This document shows positions 38,400 to 45,908 of a DNA stretch of 64,000 nt, piece by piece. The first letter of the stretch is position 1. Each line of letters starts with the position of its first letter. The DNA lies in the NCBI GenBank assembly GCA_965248695.1, contig CBDFKD010000002.1, forward strand, positions 5,184,001 to 5,248,000. Direction: 5' to 3'. This stretch comes from Acidobacteriota bacterium. GTDB taxonomy: Bacteria > Acidobacteriota > UBA890 > WLXD01. The notes under the pieces are model-generated. The model searched no databases and had not been told where the DNA came from. It was given only the letters and a program-made list of their open reading frames with translations. A program made the translations under genes and the position numbers.

Positions 38400-38499
38400 T
38401 AGGCTAACAGGCACAAACGCTCCTCGAAACGGCCAGCAAAATCCGTACCAAACTGACTTTCAGTGACTTTCATAATGGGACACTACCCATACGAGATCA

Positions 38500-39114
38500 C
38501 TACCCTGGCAGGCGGCCGGGGCTGGCGCGAACGCCGAGCACGGTGTTGGTTTCCGGGTCGATGTCGCATTGGTAGGTGTGGTTCTGCCAAGCACCGAGGC
38601 CATTTTGGAACTGGATCTTGTCGCCGATCAGGGTGAGGGTTCCGGCAGACTGATCCTTCCAGCGGAAGCGGCTGAACTTTGGCTCAAGGAAGCCGTCTGT
38701 CCACTGGTGGCTGTATTGCGCTAGCCGCTCGATGCGGTCTTCGCAGTACACACCTGTAGAGATGTGCCTGTTGCCCCAGCAGTTGAGGTCTTGCCGACAG
38801 GCCGTGTCGCTGACCGAAGGTGCGGAAGACGAGCCTGACCCTGGGTCATCCGTGCTGAGGACGTAGACGCAAAAAGCCAGTCCTAGCAGAAGCATCACCA
38901 CACATCCCATGGCGGTCTTGCTGGCCTGCTTTTTCTCTGCAGCCGCCGTCTCGGCGGTGAGGCTGGGTGCCGAGTCCTCGGGCTCGGGGGCTGCAGTGGC
39001 TGGGGGCGCGGCCGCGGCCGGATCCTCCGTTCCAACCGGGCAACCGCACTGCGGACAGGCTGCCGCCTGGTCGGAAATCTGAGCCTTGCATTCAGGGCAT
39101 TCGATCAGAGCCAA
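38500..39114 (-). CDS. Zinc-ribbon single-pass membrane protein (superinfection-exclusion-like position)
   Basis: ALIECPEC..ISDQAAACPQCG, TM segment, FQNGLGAW...Y.CD. Confidence 0.75.
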   Translation of the reverse strand: MALIECPECKAQISDQAAACPQCGCPVGTEDPAAAAPPATAAPEPEDSAPSLTAETAAAEKKQASKTAMGCVVMLLLGLAFCVYVLSTDDPGSGSSSAPSVSDTACRQDLNCWGNRHISTGVYCEDRIERLAQYSHQWTDGFLEPKFSRFRWKDQSAGTLTLIGDKIQFQNGLGAWQNHTYQCDIDPETNTVLGVRASPGRLPG

Positions 39115-39404
39115 CGTCGGTTTCCCCGTTCAGCGTTCACCGACCCTCGGGTGAGGTCGGCCTGTAGCGTGTAGAGCCTGCCGTAGCAGGCGCTCTCGGT
39201 CCTCCAGCGCGCTCCCCACGCGGCCTTCTCATCTTCTCCTTGTGTTAACAGACATTTGTCTAGTATGGTCTGCCACTTTGGATTAGAGCACACACGTACG
39301 GATACCGCTACCGGAAGCAGCCCCCTCGCCTCCCGGTTCGGAATGCTGGGAGGCATAAAGCATGGAGTGGATTGCGGCCAGTTTCGGATTTCTAGTCGGG
39401 GTCA

Positions 39405-39809
39405 TCATCGGTGTTCGATGGGGCGTAGCTTCGGTGCTGCGCGTGGCTCGGGATCGTCGCCGTATTCGGCTCCGAGTTCCCTAACAATCTTTTCAAGCTC
39501 GTCTACGTCCGCTTCGTATTCTTCTTTGATCTGGAAAAGCAAATCCATCAGGCGGAGGGTTCGTATGCGCGAGCGCGTGAGCCCCGGCAGATGAACCGCC
39601 AAGGCATCAATGAGCCCCTGGCCGCTCGGGTGCGACTTGCCCGTGATCCAGTTACTCAGCGTCGGTTGTGGGACACCTATTAGGCGGGCAGTAGCGCTCT
39701 TGTTCATGCCGCTTTCCTCGATCGAAGCCTCGATCGCCGAGCCCAGGTACCGCCTGAGGTAGATGTGTCCGTGTTTCTTGCGGGGTCGCACGCGATCAAT
39801 ACTTAGCAC
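39405..39809 (-). CDS. cI-like XRE repressor, cassette 1 (start uncertain)
   Basis: ARLIGVPQPTLSNWITGKSHP; divergent from a cro-like gene. Confidence 0.75.
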   Translation of the reverse strand: MLSIDRVRPRKKHGHIYLRRYLGSAIEASIEESGMNKSATARLIGVPQPTLSNWITGKSHPSGQGLIDALAVHLPGLTRSRIRTLRLMDLLFQIKEEYEADVDELEKIVRELGAEYGDDPEPRAAPKLRPIEHR

Positions 39810-39871
39810 TTCCTGCCGACGGGTGCCGGAAAGCTATTGCGCTATCCAGTGAAACAGGTTATCTTTCTTCT

Positions 39872-40105
39872 ATGAGATTCAGCAGAGAAACACTCCGATC
39901 TGCACGGGAAGAGGCGGGAATGTCCCGCGAGGACGCTGCCTTCTTCTTGCGGCAGTCTGGAAACGGTGTGTCGGTACGCACACTGCTTAATTGGGAGAGC
40001 GGTCGGTCGGAACCGCCGGCAGGCCAACTCGTGAATTTGGCGAATTTGTACGGCGTGAACCCAGTTGCATTTTTTTCACCAGATTCAACCAGTAACGCAG
40101 CCTAA
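39872..40105 (+). CDS. Cro-like HTH protein, cassette 1
   Basis: LRSAREEAGMSRE...VSVRTLLNWESGRSEP; TTGCGC-17-TATCTT promoter just upstream. Confidence 0.85.
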   Translation: MRFSRETLRSAREEAGMSREDAAFFLRQSGNGVSVRTLLNWESGRSEPPAGQLVNLANLYGVNPVAFFSPDSTSNAA

Positions 40106-40144
40106 GACGAATACTCATACTCGACGAGGTCGCATAGAAACCCC

Positions 40145-40203
40145 ATGACGCTACCGAACGCAGACACCCACACGCCACTGCGGAATCAGGCGGGTAGCGC
40201 AGT
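40145..40203 (-). promoter_or_regulatory. Putative CII-activated leftward promoter, copy 1
   Basis: ATGACGCTACC-N17-CGCCACTGCG-N15-CGCAGT. Confidence 0.65.
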
Positions 40204-40255
40204 GGGCGAGGCCATCGTCACGCTTCTCATGGAGCTTCGCCGGAGAGCCGATGAG

Positions 40256-41017
40256 CTAGAAGAACTTCTCATCGAAAGCGTCGATGACCCATCCGACCTC
40301 GACCACGAGCGCGTCAAGGCTCTCGAATACAGCCAAGCCGGTATCAGGCCCCATACCTTCGCCGAAGACTACGCGCGCGACCACAAGCGTATCCATTTGC
40401 ACTTTTGGGGGTGCAGAGAAGACGAGGGTCGCGATTTTTGCGTTGTGTACCAGGCGGGGCTTGGTGACGGCGATGAACGTTTTGGGCTGGCCAGCGGATT
40501 CGTCATCGACGAGAGCGTTCAAACGGAAGCGCTCGGGCATCGCGGCGACGACCGAGAGCAATTTGTGCTTGTTCCGGTTGTCCAGTCTTCTCAGAAGGGA
40601 GAGGGGCGCCATCACGGGATCGTCACCTTGGTACGGCTGAACTCGCTCGATCAAGGATCTGGCCTCAGCGGGAAGGCTGGCAATGCGCCGAGCCCCGCGC
40701 GATTCGTATGCCCGTTCGGAGTCGAAGATCGGAAACAGGGTCAGTGTGTCATCAAGATCCGCCCCAGAAAGCTCCCAGGCGATGTAGTCGAGCGAGCACC
40801 GCAGGTTGTGGATGCAATCGCCGATGGTCAGCGCCCACTCACTACTGGGCAAAGCAGGAGGATCTTTGACGCGAGCGACGTAGCGGACTTCGTCGATCTC
40901 AGCCTCAACGACGATTCGATAGAGGTTCGCTTCAAAGAAGGAGTCAGTTTCTCTTTTAAGCGCTTCGAGGTGCTGTCTCGCCCGACGAAGTTTGGCGCGA
41001 CTTCCATCAAGCCCCAA
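40256..41017 (-). CDS. Cargo protein, possible HEPN-like nuclease (start uncertain)
   Basis: AKLRRARQHL, IGDCIHNLRCSLDY, LRRLDNRNKHK. Confidence 0.65.
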   Translation of the reverse strand: MGLDGSRAKLRRARQHLEALKRETDSFFEANLYRIVVEAEIDEVRYVARVKDPPALPSSEWALTIGDCIHNLRCSLDYIAWELSGADLDDTLTLFPIFDSERAYESRGARRIASLPAEARSLIERVQPYQGDDPVMAPLSLLRRLDNRNKHKLLSVVAAMPERFRLNALVDDESAGQPKTFIAVTKPRLVHNAKIATLVFSAPPKVQMDTLVVARVVFGEGMGPDTGLAVFESLDALVVEVGWVIDAFDEKFF

Positions 41018-41079
41018 TTGGCACAGCTCCTCGGGATTGAGGTCGACGACGACGGGGAGGCGGCGTGAGCGGCGTGAGG

Positions 41080-41295
41080 CTAGTCGAACTCGACGCCTTC
41101 CAGAAGCTCGTCGACGGTGCATTCCAGGGCGCGGGCGATCTTCGCGACGTTCTCGATTCCAGGGCTTCTTGTGTTGCCGCTCAGAATCTTGTTCAGCTGG
41201 CTTCGAGCCATCCGCGCCCGATAAGCCGTCTCCTCGATCGAGATTTCCTTCTCCTGGATTACGGCTCGCACACGCTGCCCAAACGTCAAGCTCAT
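41080..41295 (-). CDS. cI-like XRE repressor, cassette 2
   Basis: RSQLNKILSGNTRSPGIENVAKIARALECTVDELL. Confidence 0.8.
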   Translation of the reverse strand: MSLTFGQRVRAVIQEKEISIEETAYRARMARSQLNKILSGNTRSPGIENVAKIARALECTVDELLEGVEFD

Positions 41296-41421
41296 GCGCC
41301 AGACGCTATTCGTGTGAGTTTCCCCCATCAATCTTCGCAAATACTACTTGACGAATCTGCAACTTCTCTTGTATAAATATAGACAGCGCAGATTTGCAAG
41401 GTCATAACCGGAAGCTCGATC

Positions 41422-41631
41422 ATGGATAATCGCATCAAGGAAGAACGCGAAAAGCGGGGCATGACTCAAATGGCCTTGGCTGTCGCCGCTGGGCTCCACC
41501 CAGGACACGTCAGCCGGATCGAAAACGGCTCCGGCTGCGAGCTGAAGACTGCACGCAAACTCGCTGACGCGCTCGAAGTAACCCTCGATGAGCTAGTCGG
41601 GCCGCGACGAAGCTGCCTAGGAGCCCCATGA
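41422..41631 (+). CDS. Cro-like HTH protein, cassette 2
   Basis: NRIKEEREKRGMTQ.ALA...SRIENG; TTGACG-18-TATAAA upstream. Confidence 0.88.
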   Translation: MDNRIKEEREKRGMTQMALAVAAGLHPGHVSRIENGSGCELKTARKLADALEVTLDELVGPRRSCLGAP

Positions 41632-41686
41632 CGCTACCGAGCCCCACCACCCCCACGCCACTGCGGAGTGAGGCGAACGGCGCAGT
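41628..41686 (-). promoter_or_regulatory. Putative CII-activated leftward promoter, copy 2
   Basis: Same blocks and same 17/15-nt spacers as copy 1. Confidence 0.65.
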
Positions 41687-42136
41687 CAACCTCGACATCG
41701 TCAAGGTTTCGCGTGCAGCGCTGTTACGCGTTGGCGTGTACGTGACGCCGAGCTTTGATGACACGTGGTGCCCCCACCTCATTCCGATGGGGCTTGTCGG
41801 AGCGCGGGCGGATAGCCCCCTTTGCTCTCCATCTGGTCTTGTTGATTGTCCAGAAACAACTGAACTCGAAGCAGGGCCTGACGAAGAAGCCAAGGAATCG
41901 ACTCGGACTGGAAGCTCCCCGCACAAGGAATGCGCACTGTCAACAGAAGTTCTTCGTCGTCATCTTCAACGCCTTTGCCGGGAGATACCGGGCCTTCTGG
42001 AGGAGCTTCGCTTCCTGTCGGAAACGCTAGCCGCATGCGGATCTGAACCGTGCCCCCTTCGAGAGGAAAAATCGTGAAGCCGGGTCGATCTGGGTATTGG
42101 TACACGGATTCCTCCGAGTCGTTGGCGAGCGGAGAG

Positions 42137-42360
42137 CTAGTCGAACTCGACGCCTTCAAGAAGCTCGCCGGGATGAACGCCGAGGGTGCGAGCAATCTTC
42201 AGCAGGGTCGACGCTCGCGGATCTATCTGACGCCCCTTTGTGCTGACGACACGCCAGAAGGTTCGGCGGTCGTTAGCGGTGGGCATCGCCTCTGCCACAC
42301 CTGCGTCAGGGTCATCCCGCAGTCATCCACCAGCGCTCTGAGGCGATCTCGAAGCTCCAT
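42137..42360 (-). pseudogene. cI-like XRE repressor, cassette 3, frameshifted
   Basis: MELRDRLRALVDDCGMTLTQV then AEAMPT...PRASTLLKIARTLGVHPGELLEGVEFD in another frame; extra TG near 42296-42300. Confidence 0.75.
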
Positions 42361-42484
42361 CGGCATCAAAGCCTAGGCACCAGTGTGCGATACGTCAACG
42401 GCAGAAAAAGCACTGACGCTCTTGACGGTATTTGGGACACGGACTAATATGACAGTGATGATTAAAACAAGGACACATAAGGTC

Positions 42485-42685
42485 ATGCGATACACGATCC
42501 AGGACGTACTCGACCGGCACGGTGTTAGCCAGCGTGAAATGGCTCGGCGCACCGGGCTCGACTATTCCTACGTGAACCGGCTCGTCAACGGCCGGTTTGT
42601 GCCCCGGGTCGATAAAGCGTTGCGCCTCGCTGCTGCCTTGGAAGTGCAGGTCGAGGATCTGTTCGCACTCGACGAGGCCGCTTAG
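42485..42685 (+). CDS. Cro-like HTH protein, cassette 3
   Basis: GVSQREMARRTGLDYSYVNRLVNG; TTGACG-17-TAATAT at 42422-42450. Confidence 0.88.
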   Translation: MRYTIQDVLDRHGVSQREMARRTGLDYSYVNRLVNGRFVPRVDKALRLAAALEVQVEDLFALDEAA

Positions 42686-42693
42686 GAGGCCCG

Positions 42694-42752
42694 ATGACGC
42701 TACCTGCCGCCGAACCGTGCTCGCCACTGCGCAGTTACCCAGCTGGCGCAGT
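42694..42752 (-). promoter_or_regulatory. Putative CII-activated leftward promoter, copy 3
   Basis: Same blocks and spacers; perfect GCCACTGCG/CGCAGTGGC inverted repeat. Confidence 0.65.
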
Positions 42753-42755
42753 GGC

Positions 42756-42843
42756 ACTCCCGAACGAAAAAAGGGCGCGAGGAGCTGCAACTCCTCACGC
42801 CCAAACCACAACCACACAGGAGGTCATTCCAGTGCACTCCAAC
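42756..42843 (+). repeat. Hairpin plus RBS leader, repeated at 44099-44183
   Basis: First 54 bp identical; A6-GGGCG.GAGGAG-CTGCAA-CTCCTC.CGCCC, then CAGGAGG and a start codon. Confidence 0.85.
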
Positions 42844-42983
42844 TGTAGCACGGCCCGCGTATCTCGGCCCCCGGTGGTGTGCATGGCCTGCGCGCAGTGG
42901 GACGACGATCAGCGCCCCGACGACGATGGTGAGCTCGTCGCCGCCTTCGGCTCCCAGGCCGTGTTTGGAGTGGGGCGGTAGCG

Positions 42984-43628
42984 ATGCGCCGCGTCAGGGG
43001 ATACGAGATCAAGCCAGAAGCCGACCTCCAGGATGCCGATCTCCAGGATGCCGATCTCCAGGATGCCGACCTCTGGGATGCCGACCTCTGGGAAGCCGAT
43101 CTCCGGGGAGCCTGCCTCCGGGATGCCGACCTCTGGGAAGCCGATCTCCGGGGAGCCTGCCTCCGGGATGCCGACCTCCAGGGAGCCGATCTCGGGTTTG
43201 CCGACCTCCAGTGTGCCGACCTCCAGTGTGCCGATCTGCGGGGAGCCGACCTGTCGAAAGCCAACCTCCGGGGTGCCAACCTCCAGGGAGCCAACCTCCA
43301 GGGTGCCGACCTACGGGGAGTCGGCCTCCGGGGTATCAAGCTGTCCGATACAACGATCCTGTCAACGGGCCAGACGTGGCCGGAGTACCTGGCGGACTTG
43401 CCAGCGCTTCTGACCGCCGGCGGCAAGCCTCTAGCAGCGGTGGCTACGGAAGCAGCCTGGAGCTGCCATGACGACAACTGCCCGATGCATGTGGCCTTCG
43501 ACGCCAAGGGTGTCGGCGACGTACCCGAGCCATGGCGGTCCCAGGCGAAGCTGTTTGTCGCCCTGTTCGACGCCGAGCTGATCCCGCTGGAGGCGGTGAG
43601 AGCCACGTCCATGAGCGGAGCGGAGTGA
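42984..43628 (+). CDS. Pentapeptide-repeat protein 1
   Basis: A(D/N)Lxx repeats plus a C-terminal domain TGQTWPEYL...CH..NCPMH. Confidence 0.92.
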   Translation: MRRVRGYEIKPEADLQDADLQDADLQDADLWDADLWEADLRGACLRDADLWEADLRGACLRDADLQGADLGFADLQCADLQCADLRGADLSKANLRGANLQGANLQGADLRGVGLRGIKLSDTTILSTGQTWPEYLADLPALLTAGGKPLAAVATEAAWSCHDDNCPMHVAFDAKGVGDVPEPWRSQAKLFVALFDAELIPLEAVRATSMSGAE

Positions 43629-43634
43629 TAGCCA

Positions 43635-43816
43635 TGCGACAACGGCGTATCGACTGCCTGGCCCGCTGGTGCCAGGAGTACTGCGAGCGCCGGGGGCTGG
43701 ACTATGCCGCCACGCGCCGTGCCTTCGCTAAGCACCAAGGCTGCACGGCTCGGGATCTCAGCGCTGAGGACTACCTGGATTTCTACGTGGATCTGTACAC
43801 CGGGAGGGCGGCATGA
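43635..43816 (+). CDS. Small hypothetical protein
   Basis: ATG ORF coupled to the next gene. Confidence 0.45.
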
Positions 43817-44037
43817 GCGACCGGACCCGGGTCGTTGACACCCGCCACGAAGGCCCCCTGTGCCCGGCATGTTTCAGGGAGCTCCCGGAGACACCGAGCG
43901 AAGCTGTGAGCCGGCTGCTCGAATACTACGCGCGGCTCGATGAGCAGGACCAACTCGCATTCGTAGCGACTCTGATTGGCGACGCCGTGACGCAGCGAAT
44001 GGTTGCGCGCCTTCAGCCGGTCAGCGAGCCGACTTGA
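43813..44037 (+). CDS. Small hypothetical protein
   Basis: ATGA-coupled; CPAC. Confidence 0.45.
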   Translation: MSDRTRVVDTRHEGPLCPACFRELPETPSEAVSRLLEYYARLDEQDQLAFVATLIGDAVTQRMVARLQPVSEPT

Positions 44038-44171
44038 TGAGGACCGGGCACGCAATGACCAAAGAAAGCCGCAACGAGTTCGGGCGCTGGCAGATGAGAC
44101 TCCCGAACGAAAAAAGGGCGCGAGGAGCTGCAACTCCTCACGCCCAAACCACCATACAGGAGGTTGTTCCA

Positions 44172-44483
44172 ATGCACTCCAACGATGTCGAGTGCGCCGT
44201 CGCCCCCAGCCCTGCCGCTGTTCTCACGCCGATCTTATGCGAGACCTGCAACGGCAGCATCGAAGCACCGCGCGATGACACCTCGCCTCTCCAAGCAAAC
44301 GAAGAATGGCTAGAGGAGTGCGGCTGGGACCTGCGCGGCTACTTGGCTTATTGCCCCACGTGCGTGAGCCACTACCCGACCTGCGACCACTGCCACAGGG
44401 GGTACCACCCTCATGAGATGGCGCAGAGGGAGCCGGTTGCACTGTGCTGCGGCTGCGCCGAGAGCGCATCGAGGGCAGCGTAA
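44172..44483 (+). CDS. Cys-rich hypothetical protein
   Basis: AGGAGG RBS; several CxxC pairs. Confidence 0.55.
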   Translation: MHSNDVECAVAPSPAAVLTPILCETCNGSIEAPRDDTSPLQANEEWLEECGWDLRGYLAYCPTCVSHYPTCDHCHRGYHPHEMAQREPVALCCGCAESASRAA

Positions 44484-45046
44484 TGATAGTCAACGAGTGG
44501 GAGATCGAACCGGGCGCCGACCTTCGGTGTGCCGACTTTTCAGAAGCCAGCCTTTGGCTCGCCGATCTCAGGGGAGCCAACCTTCGGGGTGCCAGCCTCG
44601 GGGGAGCCGATCTGTCGGAAGCCGAGCTTCGGGGAGCCTACCTTCGGGATGCCAACCTGTCGGAAGCCGACCTGGCGTATGCCGACCTGTTGGGAGCCTG
44701 CCTCCGAAGAGCCGACCTTCGGAGAGCCAACCTCTGGGATGCCAACCTCCGGGATGCCAACCTCCGTGAAGCCAATCTCCGGGGAGCCTGCCTGTGGGGA
44801 GCCGACCTTCGGGAAGCCGACCTCCAGTGTGCCGACCTCCGGGAAGCCAAGTTCTGGGGAGCCGACCTCCGGGGTGCCAACCTCCAGGGAGCCAGTCTCG
44901 GGGGAGCCAAGCTGTCGGACGAAACGGTCCTGCCAACGGGGCAGACCTGGCCGAAGTACTTGGCGAGTCTGCCAGCACTTCTAACAGCTGGCGGCAAGCC
45001 TCTGCATGAGGTCGCCTTCGCTGAAATCACATCGAGGGCGGCGTGA
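44483..45046 (+). CDS. Pentapeptide-repeat protein 2 (C-terminal domain truncated)
   Basis: Repeats plus TGQTWPKYL...LLTAGGK; similarity to the paralogues ends after LHEVA. Confidence 0.9.
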   Translation: MIVNEWEIEPGADLRCADFSEASLWLADLRGANLRGASLGGADLSEAELRGAYLRDANLSEADLAYADLLGACLRRADLRRANLWDANLRDANLREANLRGACLWGADLREADLQCADLREAKFWGADLRGANLQGASLGGAKLSDETVLPTGQTWPKYLASLPALLTAGGKPLHEVAFAEITSRAA

Positions 45047-45127
45047 AGGGTACCGCGTTTCCCAACCGCGCCGCACGGAGCGGCGTTATCCGTAGTCGGG
45101 GTGGGCTCGATGACGGAGAAGACAACG

Positions 45128-45655
45128 ATGTCCATATCAAGCCAACAGGACTCACCCCGCGACCCGGCAGGTACCTACCCGTGGGATGCGATGCGCGATT
45201 GCATCGGCCCATACACCAACGGCATAGCCCGACATCTCGGGCTATCGGCCTCGCTGGTGCAGAAGTGGCAGCGGCCGGTCGGCGAGCACACCGACACCGG
45301 CGTGCGCAGCCCGCTGGCGAGGTTGGATCTGATCATCGAGGCATCGGTGGCTCTGGGGCAAGAGCGGTACTACGCCACGGCCCCGGCCCGGTACCTGCAC
45401 GAGCAACACCTGACCGAACCGCTGCCACCGTACTCCTCGGGCCACGCGATGACTGCCGATATGACGCAAACGGCAGGCACGTTGGAATCGCTTGGATCGC
45501 TGGCGTTCGTGGACGGCGTGATCGACATACAAGAGTGGCGACAGTGGGCGTCCTGCTGCGAGCGACTCAAGGCGATCCTGCTGCGTTCCGCGTCAACGAT
45601 GAGGGTCAACGCGGCGACGAACTGGCGGCCCGACGAGAGGCAGATGGGGGCATGA
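45128..45655 (+). CDS. Phage regulatory protein, possibly 186 CII-like
   Basis: HTH IARHLGLSASLVQKW, SPLARL..I, C-terminal DGVID..E. Confidence 0.6.
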   Translation: MSISSQQDSPRDPAGTYPWDAMRDCIGPYTNGIARHLGLSASLVQKWQRPVGEHTDTGVRSPLARLDLIIEASVALGQERYYATAPARYLHEQHLTEPLPPYSSGHAMTADMTQTAGTLESLGSLAFVDGVIDIQEWRQWASCCERLKAILLRSASTMRVNAATNWRPDERQMGA

Positions 45656-45710
45656 AGTACACGCCAGATCTGCTCTACAAGTACACCGGCCCTGAGGGTG
45701 AGGCGTAGCG

Positions 45711-45908
45711 ATGGGTAACCCGTGGTGGGTGAACGCTGGGCTGGCCACCTTCGCGGTCTGGTGTCTGGCGGTGTGCATCTACACGGGCCGGGAGATCTTC
45801 CGTACTCGCCGTCGCCGGCCGTTTCGGCTGGGGCAGCTATCGCCCGAGTACATGGAGGCGCTGCGGCGCCACGAGGGGCTGCAGAGCCCGGAGGATCGAG
45901 CAGCATGA
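45711..45908 (+). CDS. Small membrane protein
   Basis: One TM segment followed by a basic patch. Confidence 0.5.
   Translation: MGNPWWVNAGLATFAVWCLAVCIYTGREIFRTRRRRPFRLGQLSPEYMEALRRHEGLQSPEDRAA

Noticed and set aside
41779-42195. Cargo CDS in cassette 2
   Set aside because: Several overlapping frames and no motif; I could not choose a real gene with confidence.
42824-45135. Repetitive alternative-frame and antisense ORFs (e.g. 42824-43870 minus, 42926-43471 plus)
   Set aside because: These are shadows of the 15-bp pentapeptide repeats.
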